Assembly: GCA_903893485.1 (NCBI GenBank)
Contig: CAITMK010000008.1
Span: 10,612 to 74,611 of the forward strand
Length of the DNA: 64,000 bases
Source: Candidatus Magasanikiibacteriota bacterium
Lineage (GTDB): Bacteria; Patescibacteriota; Patescibacteriia; Magasanikbacterales; 2-02-FULL-50-9b
Direction: 5' to 3'
The notes below the pieces were generated by a model. That model did no database searches, was not told the DNA's origin, and saw nothing but the letters and a program-made list of their open reading frames with translations. The position numbers and the translations under genes were made by a program. This document shows, one piece after another, positions 47,848 to 57,814 of this stretch (position 1 is its first letter; each line of letters begins with the position of its first letter).

Positions 47848-48729
47848 ATGTTCTGTACAAATCAAAAAATCTGGATGAAGCTGTGGGGCGTGCGGGGGTC
47901 GCGCGCGACGGATGACCAAGAAGTCGGTGGCGCTACCACGTGCATCGAAATGCGGGCTGGCAGCAGCACGCGGCTGGTGTTCGACGGCGGTACGGGTATC
48001 ATCGCCTTCGGCAATACGCTGTTTGCAGAGCTTGCCAAGGGTCCGGTGACGGTTCACCTGTTCCTGACCCATCTGCACACGGATCACTGGGAAGGCCTGC
48101 GGTTCTTTGATCCGCTGCATCACCCAAACCTGAAGCTGGTCATTTGGGGCCGAAAAGGGTTGGTGCGGATGCTGCGCAAGCAGATGTTCGACGGCAACTC
48201 CTTTCCGGTCACACCGGATATGCTGAAGGCGGACATCACGTGCATGCTTGTGGAAGATGATGGCGTGTATGTGATTCCGACACCTGAAGGCAAAAACGTC
48301 GTGGTTCACGCGCGTAGCCTGAATCATCCGGGTGGATGCTTCGGCTACCGCGTTGAATACGACGGCGCGAGCGCAGCGATCATCCAAGACCACGAGGAGC
48401 AAATCGAGGATACGCCCGAAGCGGCGCAGCTCGAACGCAACCTGGTGGAATTGGTGAGCGGTGTTGATCTGGTGGCCTTCGAGGTTCAGTACTCCGACGA
48501 CATGTACTTTGGTCGTGATGGTCCGAGCCGCAAGGGTTGGGGTCACGATCGCGTGGGACATGCGGCAAAGGTGCTGGAACTCGCAGCGCCCAAAGCGGTG
48601 AAGATCGTCCACGCCGACCCGGACCGCGGCAACCTGGCGTTCGTTACCACGATCGCCAGCGCGGTGCAAAAAGCCACAGGCATTCCAACCACTCCTGGTA
48701 TCCAGGGTGAAGAGGTGACCTGTGGCTAG
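47848..48729 (+). CDS. MBL-fold metallo-hydrolase (RNase Z/phosphodiesterase-like)
   Basis: WGVRGS, DGGTGI, THLHTDH, NHPGG, GWGH; hairpin 48741-48797. Confidence 0.88.
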   Translation: MFCTNQKIWMKLWGVRGSRATDDQEVGGATTCIEMRAGSSTRLVFDGGTGIIAFGNTLFAELAKGPVTVHLFLTHLHTDHWEGLRFFDPLHHPNLKLVIWGRKGLVRMLRKQMFDGNSFPVTPDMLKADITCMLVEDDGVYVIPTPEGKNVVVHARSLNHPGGCFGYRVEYDGASAAIIQDHEEQIEDTPEAAQLERNLVELVSGVDLVAFEVQYSDDMYFGRDGPSRKGWGHDRVGHAAKVLELAAPKAVKIVHADPDRGNLAFVTTIASAVQKATGIPTTPGIQGEEVTCG

Positions 48730-48796
48730 ATGCTCCAGCTAAAACCCACGATTAACTACGCATGAAGAATGTAAGTTAATCGTGGGTGTTTTTTAT

Positions 48797-49552
48797 TTAC
48801 GCGTTATGCTCCTGCTGCATGAAAGTTTTAATATCCTGAATTGTTCCCATGAACTGAGATGGGAAAATAATCGTTGAATTTTTTTCAACGGAAATTTCGG
48901 CAAGTGTTTGCAAGTTGCGAAGCTGCAATGCAATTGGATGCGCCATCATGATGTCCGCAGTTTCAGCAAGTTTTTGTGCAGCAAGCGCTTCACCTTCAGC
49001 GGCAATAATTTTTGCACGCTTTTCACGTTCTGCTTCTGCTTGTTTCGCCATGGCGCGCTGCATTGAATCGGGCAACTGAATATCTTTAATTTCAACGGTA
49101 ATAACTTTTACACCCCAAGGAGTTGTGTGGGTATCAATAAGTGTGCGAATTTCTTCGTTGATTTGTTGCATTTCGGAAAGCACTTCGTCGAGTGCAAATT
49201 TACCAACAATGTTACGCACAGTTGTTTGTGCAATTTGATTAATTGCAGAAGAAACATTTTCGATCACGATAATGCTACGTGGTGCATCAACAATTTGATA
49301 ATACGCAACAGCCGAAACATCGATTGAAACATTGTCGCGAGAAATAATTTTTTGTGGCTGGACCGGCATGGTCATGACACGCATATCAACGCGGCGCATT
49401 TGATCGATGAAAGGCCAAACCATGCGAAGACCCGGCTGTTTTTCGTGGCTAAAACGGCCAAGACGAAAAATAACGCCCCGCTCGTACTGCCGAATAACCG
49501 AAAAGGTGCTGACGATGAGTAAAAAAATGATGATGCCAAAAATATAAAACAT
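48797..49552 (-). CDS. Slipin/SPFH (band 7) protein
   Basis: QYERGVIFRLG, SRDNVSIDV, AQTTVR, AMAKQAEAEREKRAKII. Confidence 0.93.
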   Translation of the reverse strand: MFYIFGIIIFLLIVSTFSVIRQYERGVIFRLGRFSHEKQPGLRMVWPFIDQMRRVDMRVMTMPVQPQKIISRDNVSIDVSAVAYYQIVDAPRSIIVIENVSSAINQIAQTTVRNIVGKFALDEVLSEMQQINEEIRTLIDTHTTPWGVKVITVEIKDIQLPDSMQRAMAKQAEAEREKRAKIIAAEGEALAAQKLAETADIMMAHPIALQLRNLQTLAEISVEKNSTIIFPSQFMGTIQDIKTFMQQEHNA

Positions 49553-49682
49553 AGTGCGCCGATTATGGCGCAGCTTTAATAAGCTGTCAAACGCTAAAAT
49601 AAAAAAGCGGCCGAAGCGACTCGTTGAAGGTGGGCGTGTTTTGCCTCTTCAGTGAATCGCTTCGGCCTTGGCCAGCTTGGGG

Positions 49683-50600
49683 CTAGGCCGCGGTCGCGTA
49701 CAGCTGGAGCTCGTCGCGCAGCTTGCCCGACTGCTCCACGCTCAGCACTTCAGCCACGTTGTTGCCGTCGCCGTCGTCCAGGAAGCACGCGATGTTGCCT
49801 TCCGGGCCCGTGGCGCCGATGACCGCGCGAACCGTGCGCTGCTTCTGCTGGTTGTCCAGGATCTTCAGCTCGCCGGCGAGGATGGCCTGCGGCATGACGG
49901 AGAACTCGCCGGCGTCGTTGTACTTGACGAGGACAAAATCACCGGTGTCCGAGTTCAAGCACAGCAGCTTGTCGCCGGTATCGCGCGAGATGCTGGAAAG
50001 CTTGAACTGGCTCGCGGGCGACGGGATCGCGCTGCCGACCAGGTCGATCGACATGAGGATGCTCTCGGCGTCCAGCAGGCTGAGCAGCGGCTCGCCCTCT
50101 TTCGGGCTCTTGTGCAGCAGGACCAGGACGTTGGCGTTGCCGATCTTGAAGACGGCCGCGTCGACGAACTTGTTGTTGACCTCGGGCAAGCCCGGGATCC
50201 AGGACACTTCCTGCACGTTGGCGCCGACGAGGTGCTTGCCGGTGAAGCGGTCGCCGTCGACATTCTTCATGATCTGCTCGACCGCCGCCTTGTCGCCTTC
50301 GACGAAGTGGAAGTTCTTGCCCGCCGTCACGACGTACGAGGACTTGGCCTCTTCGCCGTCGGCGCTCGCGATGAACTGCGAGGACATGACGCACGCCTCG
50401 TCGTCGGCCAGCTTGTATTTCTTGGCTTCCGCGGCGTCGATCAGCTTGACTTCAAACTTGCCGATTTCGTCGCCGACCGCGCGCTTCAGCACGACGGCGC
50501 CGGTGTTCTCGGACTTGGCTTTGACGATGCCGTCGCTGCCGATGTAGGCAAGGCCCATCGTGGTGATGAGCTGGATCATAATCGTACGATTGCTGTTCAT
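49683..50600 (-). CDS. Hypothetical protein, very high GC3
   Basis: GAGG SD; promoter TTGACA(50729-24)-17-TAATAT; hairpin 49596-49667; this frame has protein-like composition. Confidence 0.8.
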   Translation of the reverse strand: MNSNRTIMIQLITTMGLAYIGSDGIVKAKSENTGAVVLKRAVGDEIGKFEVKLIDAAEAKKYKLADDEACVMSSQFIASADGEEAKSSYVVTAGKNFHFVEGDKAAVEQIMKNVDGDRFTGKHLVGANVQEVSWIPGLPEVNNKFVDAAVFKIGNANVLVLLHKSPKEGEPLLSLLDAESILMSIDLVGSAIPSPASQFKLSSISRDTGDKLLCLNSDTGDFVLVKYNDAGEFSVMPQAILAGELKILDNQQKQRTVRAVIGATGPEGNIACFLDDGDGNNVAEVLSVEQSGKLRDELQLYATAA

Positions 50601-50797
50601 GATGCCTCGTAACCAGTGGATGCGGCCCTTTCTGAGCCAACATCGGTTTCCCTTATTAGCAATGACGGCCTATCCGCCATCGCCAATCTGAGTGAAAGTG
50701 ATATTAACGGATTTTCAAAAAAATGTCAAGAGGTGACCGACCCCAGACAAAGCAAACAAAAAACCCACCTTTCGGCGGGCTACATTTATTGGCTATA

Positions 50798-50868
50798 AGG
50801 TGCGAGTGAGAATCGAACTCACGATAGGGGTTTTGCAGACCCCGGCCTTACCACTTGGCGATCGCACC
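50798..50868 (-). tRNA. tRNA-Cys(GCA)
   Basis: GGTGCGATCGCCAAGTGGTAAGGCCGGGGTCTGCAAAACCCC...GTTCGATTCTCACTCGCACCT. Confidence 0.95.
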
Positions 50869-50895
50869 ATAGCCAACATTCTACCGCAACCGGTT

Positions 50896-53391
50896 TTATT
50901 GGGCAACCCCCGCACCAGCGGTAAATGTAATTTGCTGCGAAGTGGTATTTTGTACAGAATCAACCACCGTCACTTGCAAAGTATGCGCACCTTTTGTTAA
51001 TTCATTTTGCGGAACAGAAATTCCAAATGGGAAAGATGCTGCCGAACCAACCAAATTTCCATCCAACCGATAATCAACATGTGCAACTCCATGTGCGCCA
51101 CCAACATTTACTTGCGCATTTAAATCGCCCGTTATCACATCGCCGTTTTTTGGAGCGGTAACTTCAAGTGTTGGCTTATCACCCGCAACATGCACATCAT
51201 CAAATTGCGTTGGCGGATTTTCAAAACTCAATGCAGTGCCCGTGGCTTTTTGTTTTGCGATCCAATTTTGTACACCTGTTTCCCATGCGGCATATTCTGG
51301 ATTTTGAGTCGGGTCAGCTGGCGGTGGACCTAATGGATTTTCTGGATCCACATAAAACAGAATGTCATGTGGTGGTACAAAAAATTTCTGAACAGTTGTT
51401 TCTGGTGGCGTATTTGGCGTTGCTAATTTTCCAGAAACCGTGTCGATACGAACCGCAAGCGCACCATTCGTTAAACCTTGTAACATTGGATTTGTTGCAG
51501 TGCTTGGTGGTGGCAATGGAAAATCTACCGCGGGTAATTTTTTTGTTACCGCCATCATAATTTGCTGCCAAATTGGTGCCGCAACAATTGACCCGTCTGC
51601 ACCACGCTTCATTGAGGTGTTGTCATTGTTACCAACCCAAACCGCCGCAACAACTTGCGGCGTATAACCAATGGTCCAGGCATCTTTATAATCGTTGGTG
51701 GTACCTGTTTTTACCGCAACCTGACGATCAGGTAATGTTAAAAAGTTCTTAAGTCCAAAAATATATGCGCGAGCTGGATTGTCGGAAAGAACATTAGAGA
51801 TCGTTGCTGCAATTTCTGGTGCGAGCACCTGTTTTGTCGATGAATCGATTTGTGGTGTAACATCATTTCCATTTTTATCTTCAATTTTCAAGATGCCAAT
51901 TGGCTGAACCAAATTTCCACCATTTGCAAATGCAGCATATGCACGTGCATGATCAATCATTTTTACTCCTCCACCACCAAGCACAATTGATGGACCAAAT
52001 TGAGACCGATCTTTAAATGTGCTATATCCAAGACGTTGCGCAAAATCCAACGCACGATCAACACCAACTAAGAAAATTGTTTTAACCGCAGGAATATTAA
52101 GCGAGCCCTGAAGCGCTTGGCGCATGGTCACCGGACCATGTTCTTTTGAATCGTAATTTTGTGGAGAATACGTTTGTGTATCATAAGGGAAATCTGTTTT
52201 TGTGTCATACAAAACAGTTTCGGTTGGAAATCCTTTTTCAAATGCCGCACTATACACAATTGGTTTAAATGATGAACCCGGTTGGCGAATACCTTGAGTT
52301 ACCACATTAAATTGTCCGCCTTGTTTTGGATCAGAAAAATTTCGCGAACCTACCATTGCCAGAATCTGTCCATTTGATGGATCAAGCACTAACGCAGCAC
52401 CATTACTTGCTCCATATTTTTTTTCAGCATTCGCAACACCATTTGCAATTGCTGTATTGGCAGCAACTTGCGCGTCGTAATCCAGTGTTGTAATAACTTT
52501 TAAACCACCTTGATCAACTGTTTGCTCACCGAAAGAATTTACAAGCTGATCTTTGATATACATTACAAAATGTGGTGCCACCGAAGAATCTGTTGCGACT
52601 TTAATATTACTTGTTTGTGCCTTAGCCTGATCACGTTGCGCCGCGGTAATATATTTATCAGCAAACATGCGATCTAAAATATAATCGCGGCGTCCTTTTA
52701 ATAAATCAGGATTTTGCATGTATCGCGTTGGCGCTTGAGGCATTGCCGCAAGCGTTGCAGCTTCTGCAAGTGTTAAATCCTTTGCGGACTTTCCAAAATA
52801 AGCTTGCGCAGCAGATTCAATGCCATAATTTGTTGAGCCGTATGGAATTTCATTGAAATACAATTTCAGGATTTGATCTTTGGTATATACGCGCTCAATT
52901 TGTAATGCCAAAACAGCTTCTTTAATTTTACGAGTAAAAGAATGTTCATCAGTTAAGATCGCATTTTTAACCAACTGTTGTGTAAGTGTTGAGGCACCAC
53001 CCTGACCACTTGAAAGATGCAAAGTGTCCGCAATGATTGCACGTAAAATACTTGTCCAACGAACACCGCTGTGTTCATAAAAATGTTCGTCCTCGATTGC
53101 GATTGTTGATTGCGCTACATAGGGGGGAAGTGTGGCGATATCAACAACGGTACGTTTTTTTTGATCATACACTTCGTAAAGCAAGTGGGTGCCAGTACGA
53201 TCAAACATTTTTGTACTTTCAGCAATCACGCGATCTTGTAAACGTTCAGGGTCTGGTAAGTCGCTTGTGATCCAAGCGGCAAAAATGGTTAATAAAAAAA
53301 AGCCAAAAACTGCAGCTGCGGCTACGGTGCCTAAAATTCGCTTCCAGCCAAAGTGAGCTTTTTTTTGTTTGTTTAAAGGAGTCGTTTTCAT
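50896..53391 (-). CDS. Class A penicillin-binding protein (PBP1A family) with C-terminal Ig-like domain
   Basis: EDEHFYEH, GASTLTQQLVKN, SSFKP (SxxK), SLN, KTGT. Confidence 0.95.
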   Translation of the reverse strand: MKTTPLNKQKKAHFGWKRILGTVAAAAVFGFFLLTIFAAWITSDLPDPERLQDRVIAESTKMFDRTGTHLLYEVYDQKKRTVVDIATLPPYVAQSTIAIEDEHFYEHSGVRWTSILRAIIADTLHLSSGQGGASTLTQQLVKNAILTDEHSFTRKIKEAVLALQIERVYTKDQILKLYFNEIPYGSTNYGIESAAQAYFGKSAKDLTLAEAATLAAMPQAPTRYMQNPDLLKGRRDYILDRMFADKYITAAQRDQAKAQTSNIKVATDSSVAPHFVMYIKDQLVNSFGEQTVDQGGLKVITTLDYDAQVAANTAIANGVANAEKKYGASNGAALVLDPSNGQILAMVGSRNFSDPKQGGQFNVVTQGIRQPGSSFKPIVYSAAFEKGFPTETVLYDTKTDFPYDTQTYSPQNYDSKEHGPVTMRQALQGSLNIPAVKTIFLVGVDRALDFAQRLGYSTFKDRSQFGPSIVLGGGGVKMIDHARAYAAFANGGNLVQPIGILKIEDKNGNDVTPQIDSSTKQVLAPEIAATISNVLSDNPARAYIFGLKNFLTLPDRQVAVKTGTTNDYKDAWTIGYTPQVVAAVWVGNNDNTSMKRGADGSIVAAPIWQQIMMAVTKKLPAVDFPLPPPSTATNPMLQGLTNGALAVRIDTVSGKLATPNTPPETTVQKFFVPPHDILFYVDPENPLGPPPADPTQNPEYAAWETGVQNWIAKQKATGTALSFENPPTQFDDVHVAGDKPTLEVTAPKNGDVITGDLNAQVNVGGAHGVAHVDYRLDGNLVGSAASFPFGISVPQNELTKGAHTLQVTVVDSVQNTTSQQITFTAGAGVAQ

Positions 53392-53488
53392 GAAATTTTA
53401 AGAAAGGTGCGCTAGAGCGCAAATACATAGTACCAGGAAGGTAGGGGGGTTGACAAAAAGGCCCATTTATGGTAATGTATAGACCCTT

Positions 53489-53986
53489 ATGAAACAAACA
53501 CAAATCGGATTGAAACAGCTTAAGTTAGCTGAAAAATTCGTTCTTTGCGCTGTTTTCGCTGCTATCCTCACGATTTCGGGTAAACCAACGGTTGCACGTG
53601 CCGATAGCCTCTTTATTCCATCATTTGAATCAGACACTGCAGCTGCAGCAGAATTGCCAGTGGTTAAGCCACAGGTTGTGACTGTCAAAAAGACAATTAC
53701 CTCTGTTGCAACTGCTTATTCTTCAGATGTTGCTCAAACTGATAGTTCTCCTTTTACCACGTCAAATGGTAAACAGGTATACGACGGTCTTGTTGCAGCT
53801 AATTGGTTGCCATACAACACCAAAATTCGTATGCCTGATTTATTTGGTGATAAGATCTTTACCGTAAACGATCGTATGAATCCACGTTACGACACCGGAC
53901 GCCTTGATGTCTGGATGAAATCTCGTGGTGAAGCTATGGACTTTGGCTTACGCCACGTTCGTATTCAAATCGTTGAAGTTGAATAA
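53489..53986 (+). CDS. 3D-domain (MltA-like) secreted protein
   Basis: ATAYSS..QTD..PF.T, VAANWLPY, VNDRM, RLDVW. Confidence 0.85.
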   Translation: MKQTQIGLKQLKLAEKFVLCAVFAAILTISGKPTVARADSLFIPSFESDTAAAAELPVVKPQVVTVKKTITSVATAYSSDVAQTDSSPFTTSNGKQVYDGLVAANWLPYNTKIRMPDLFGDKIFTVNDRMNPRYDTGRLDVWMKSRGEAMDFGLRHVRIQIVEVE

Positions 53987-54037
53987 TTGTAAAATTAAAA
54001 GCACCCCTTTCCGGGGCGCTTTTTTGTTTCAACCTTT

Positions 54038-55156
54038 TTATTGGCGAATAGGCATGATGATATATAAATAATCATCAGCATTTTCTGGCTGAAGCACGCA
54101 TGGCGCCTCACCACTTACAATTTTCAATTTAGCAAAAGGTTCGTCGATTGCCTGAAGACCGTCAACTAAAAATTTATGGTTCAAAATGACGGTATTTTCT
54201 TCGCCCAAACCTTCGACAGCAATATCTGCCGAATGCTCGCCGGCCTGAGAAGAAGCGGAGGTAATATTTAACACCTCTTCTTTTGGATTTACCCGAAGTG
54301 AAACAGCGCTCACACCTTGTGCAGAAAAAAGTGAAGCAGCTTTAATAACTTTTTGTGTTTCTTCTGTGGGTAACTTAACCTCAGCTGTGTGTGTTTTGGG
54401 GATAATTTGTCGGTAGTCAGGATAATTTCCCTCGATAAGACGAGAGAGTAGTGTAGCGTCGCCAATGATGCAAGAAATTTGACCCTCACCGAATGCAATT
54501 GTCACAGGATCATTACCATTTGGAAGTAATCTAAATAATTCTTGCGCGGTGCGTTGTGGAATAATTACACGTACGCTTGGTTGATTACCCCCGTTTAATA
54601 CTTCTACAAGTGCTTCTGATAAACGATAACTGTCGGTTGATGCAAAAATTGCGCGCATTTGATCTGTTGGTTCTGTAAATAAAAGTACGCCCTGGAGTTC
54701 GGGACGAACCTCACTGTGTGAAACCGAAACAAGTACGCGAGACAAAGCCCGTTTTAATCGATCTGAAGGAAAAGTTAATTCAGTTGTTTTTTCAACCAAA
54801 GGAATACTTGGAAAATCCGTGGCGGGAGTGCCCTTCATTTTTGTGCGCTGACGACCAGATTTTAAAATCAGCTCATTACCCTCAAGTTCAAAATCAATTC
54901 GAGCCTCGGCTGGTAATAAAGCAATATACTCAACGAGCGTTTTTGCAGGAACCGTAAAAGCTCCTTCCATTTCAACTTTGCCTCTAATAGATGATACAAC
55001 CGACAATTCCAAATTTGTACCAATTGCTTTGATCCCTGTAAGTTCCGCTACCAACTGAACATTATTAAGAATAGGTAAATGCACTTGCTTACCGGTGATT
55101 GCAGAAACAGCTTGAAGTCCTGTAAGTATGTTTTCTTTTGTACAAGTGAATTTCAT
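54038..55156 (-). CDS. dnaN: DNA polymerase III beta clamp
   Basis: LPILNNV, TNLE, STDSYRL, RLIEGNYPDY, IIMPIR. Confidence 0.96.
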   Translation of the reverse strand: MKFTCTKENILTGLQAVSAITGKQVHLPILNNVQLVAELTGIKAIGTNLELSVVSSIRGKVEMEGAFTVPAKTLVEYIALLPAEARIDFELEGNELILKSGRQRTKMKGTPATDFPSIPLVEKTTELTFPSDRLKRALSRVLVSVSHSEVRPELQGVLLFTEPTDQMRAIFASTDSYRLSEALVEVLNGGNQPSVRVIIPQRTAQELFRLLPNGNDPVTIAFGEGQISCIIGDATLLSRLIEGNYPDYRQIIPKTHTAEVKLPTEETQKVIKAASLFSAQGVSAVSLRVNPKEEVLNITSASSQAGEHSADIAVEGLGEENTVILNHKFLVDGLQAIDEPFAKLKIVSGEAPCVLQPENADDYLYIIMPIRQ

Positions 55157-55416
55157 ATTTGTATATGTATTAAAAGATAGTAGTAATAGTAGGTGTGGTG
55201 CAAAAGTGGATAAGCCCTTTTTGGCCGCAGAGCTTAGCACTTATACCACATTTCCACAGGGGCGTAATTGGTGTGTGTGGATTCTGTAAGGAACGGGGAT
55301 AACTTATTTTTTTGTAAAACCCTGTGGAGTAAGTGTGTGTAAGTCTGAACTTCTCAACATACTGTCCCCAGGCTTTTCCACTGCGAAAACTGCGTTGTGC
55401 ACAGTTTATCCAAAAC
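55157..55416. other. oriC (dnaA-dnaN intergenic) with DnaA-trios and DnaA boxes
   Basis: AT-rich stretch, TAG-TAG-TAA-TAG-TAG 55178-92, AGTGGATAA 55205-13 and several degenerate boxes to 55414. Confidence 0.85.
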
Positions 55417-56868
55417 TTATCCCTGAGTGATGGAATAAAGGCGTTGGCGGATGGCTGCAATATCTTGCTTCAACTTCATATTATTCTCAACCTCTTTAGA
55501 GATTTTTTCGTAGGCATGCATTGCAGTGGTATGGTCGCGGCCGCCAAGCTCCTGGCCAATGGATGGAAATGAGCATTTCAATTCTTCGCGCAAAAGATAC
55601 ATGATAATTTGGCGAGGAAATGAAAGGCGCTTTTCACGGTTGGCACTCATGATTTCGTCAATGCTGATGTCAAAATACTGCGAAATCACCACCACCAAAT
55701 CTTTTGGTGTAAGAGATTTTTTGTAAGATTGATCTTCGTAACCAGTAAGTAATCCCTTTACTGATTCTACAGTCGCCATTTCGTGGCGTAAATCCTGATG
55801 AGCTAAAATTTTGTTAAGCGCACCTTCGAGTTCGCGAATGTTACTTTTAACCAGGGTTGCAACGGTTTGCAAAACGTCTTTGCTAAGCGTGCATTTTTTT
55901 TCCAAACACTTTGATTCAAGGATGGCCACGCGAGTTTCAAGGTCTGGTGATGCAACATCTACGATCATGCCCCACTCAAAGCGCGAGCGAAGACGGTCTT
56001 CAAGGCCTGGAATTGCCTTTGGAGGGCGATCTGAAGTCATTACAATTTGGCGATTAGCCTGGTGCAGCTCGTTAAAAGTGTGAAAAAACTCTTCCTGGGT
56101 TTCTGTTTTGCCTGCAATAAACTGAATGTCGTCTATAAGGAGTAGATCAATATTGCGATAAGTTTCTTTAAATTGTTTGATGCTACCAGAGCGAATTGCG
56201 GCAACAAACTCGTTAGTAAAGCGCTCTGATGAAATATATAAAATACGGACATCAGGGTTATTTGCAGAAATACGATTACCAATTGCCTGTATTAAATGAG
56301 TTTTGCCAAGACCAACGCCACCATATACGAAGAGTGGGTTATAAACCTCACCAGGACGGTTTGCGGCGGCCTGAGCTGCTGCATGAGCCAGCTCGTTTGT
56401 TTTACCTACAATAAAGGAATCAAAAGTATAGCGGGGGTTTAAACCAAATTTGTTTTTAGCTTCAATACGATCTGTAACGCTTGTTTGGCCGTTATGCGTT
56501 GTTGGCATATTACGCATTGGCGTTGGTTGGCGTGGGGCGGAAGAAATATTTGGATTTGCTTGTTGTACGCTTTGCTGATGATTGATAACGCTCTGTGGAA
56601 CCGAAACCTGTGGCTTATTGGTTGTGTCTACGGTAAAAATAATACGCTGAACCGCTTGACCCATGATACGTTCTAAAGAACTGATAATATCTTTGCGATA
56701 TTTATCATCAAGCCATTTTTGAGCCATGGTATTTGGCACTACAATAGTAACCACACCATTTTCTGCGCTTGAAAGGCGGGTTTGACCAAACCACGTTTGA
56801 AAATTGGCTTTACTGATGGAAATTTCGAGCTCGCCAAGTACGGCGCGCCACAGTTCTTGCGGGTTCAT
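55417..56868 (-). CDS. dnaA: Chromosomal replication initiator DnaA
   Basis: YNPLFVYGGVGLGKTHL, LLIDDIQF, QEEFFHTFN, RSRFEWG, GGRDHTT. Confidence 0.98.
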   Translation of the reverse strand: MNPQELWRAVLGELEISISKANFQTWFGQTRLSSAENGVVTIVVPNTMAQKWLDDKYRKDIISSLERIMGQAVQRIIFTVDTTNKPQVSVPQSVINHQQSVQQANPNISSAPRQPTPMRNMPTTHNGQTSVTDRIEAKNKFGLNPRYTFDSFIVGKTNELAHAAAQAAANRPGEVYNPLFVYGGVGLGKTHLIQAIGNRISANNPDVRILYISSERFTNEFVAAIRSGSIKQFKETYRNIDLLLIDDIQFIAGKTETQEEFFHTFNELHQANRQIVMTSDRPPKAIPGLEDRLRSRFEWGMIVDVASPDLETRVAILESKCLEKKCTLSKDVLQTVATLVKSNIRELEGALNKILAHQDLRHEMATVESVKGLLTGYEDQSYKKSLTPKDLVVVISQYFDISIDEIMSANREKRLSFPRQIIMYLLREELKCSFPSIGQELGGRDHTTAMHAYEKISKEVENNMKLKQDIAAIRQRLYSITQG

Positions 56869-56914
56869 AGGAGAAGGAGTTACAAAGTGGTGGTACTATA
56901 ACATGAATGCTGCT

Positions 56915-56986
56915 TGTGGATAAGTGCCTCAAAACGGCAAAAAATGTGTATAACCTGTGGAAAATCTGTTGATAACTTGTGTATGG
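56915..56986. promoter_or_regulatory. DnaA box array upstream of dnaA
   Basis: TGTGGATAA 56915-23; TGTGTATAA 56945-53, TGTGGAAAA 56956-64, TGTTGATAA 56967-75 at 11-bp period. Confidence 0.85.
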
Positions 56987-57037
56987 GTGAGGATTGGACA
57001 AAAAAAAGCTTTTGATGTATGATAAGCCAACTTGAAT

Positions 57038-57187
57038 ATGCCAAAACGCACGTATCAACCTAAAAAACGCAAGCGCGCTAAGACGCACGGCTTTCGCTCA
57101 CGCATGAGCACTAAGACTGGCCGCGCCGTATTGGCTCGTCGCCGCGTAAAGGGTCGCAAGAAACTTACGGTTTCAGAAGAAGCATAA
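57038..57187 (+). CDS. rpmH: 50S ribosomal protein L34 (not in ORF track)
   Basis: [49 protein letters not shown]. Confidence 0.97.
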   Translation: MPKRTYQPKKRKRAKTHGFRSRMSTKTGRAVLARRRVKGRKKLTVSEEA

Positions 57188-57188
57188 T

Positions 57189-57533
57189 GTGATTACGCGG
57201 GTTTTTCGCGTTACCACAGATAAAGACATCAAACGGGTGTTAAAACTCGGGCGTAGATTTTCTGCGCCCGAGTTTTCGTTACACACTCTTCAAAACACAT
57301 TAAATCACCCACGAATGTGTGTTATTGTAGCTTCGGGGGTTTCCAAAAAGGCGGTGGTGCGTAATCGGCTAAAGCGTCAGGTGCGCGAATCGCTGCGTCT
57401 TTTAATAAAAGAGGGTAAAATTGGGTATACCATTGATATGGTGGTGGTTGTTCGACCAGGTTTTATAAAAGTTGAAGACTCGACACGGCAACAATTTTTT
57501 TCTGATTTTCTCAAAAAAATCGGACTTATATGA
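57189..57533 (+). CDS. rnpA: Ribonuclease P protein component
   Basis: VSKKAVVRNRLKRQVRE; synteny with rpmH. Confidence 0.92.
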   Translation: MITRVFRVTTDKDIKRVLKLGRRFSAPEFSLHTLQNTLNHPRMCVIVASGVSKKAVVRNRLKRQVRESLRLLIKEGKIGYTIDMVVVVRPGFIKVEDSTRQQFFSDFLKKIGLI

Positions 57534-57814
57534 AAGTCTGGGGGCATATAGTCTTTTTTCCACGCGCCGTGGGCATGTTGGCAATTCGTGCGTACCAAAA
57601 AACAATTTCGCCTGATCACGGTTTATTTAAGGCAATGTTTCCTTACGGCTACTGCAAGTTTTCTCCATCATGTAGCCAATATGGATATGAGGCGCTAGAA
57701 AAAAACGGACTTTTGCTAGGAAGTTTGCAGGCACTGTGGCGTATTTTGCGGTGTAATCCATTTTCTAGGGGCGGGGAGGATCAAGTAAAAAAGCTAAAGA
57801 TCAATTTCAAATAA
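57530..57814 (+). CDS. yidD: Membrane protein insertion efficiency factor
   Basis: YQKTISP, CKFSPSCSQY, RILRCNPF. Confidence 0.93.
   Translation: MKVWGHIVFFPRAVGMLAIRAYQKTISPDHGLFKAMFPYGYCKFSPSCSQYGYEALEKNGLLLGSLQALWRILRCNPFSRGGEDQVKKLKINFK

Noticed and set aside
47749-48669. 306-aa minus ORF (likewise 16179-17084 +)
   Set aside because: Opposite to genes with clear enzyme motifs; composition is shadow-like.
49668-50612. 314-aa and 274-aa + strand ORFs
   Set aside because: Antisense shadows of the high-GC minus-strand gene; no expression signals.
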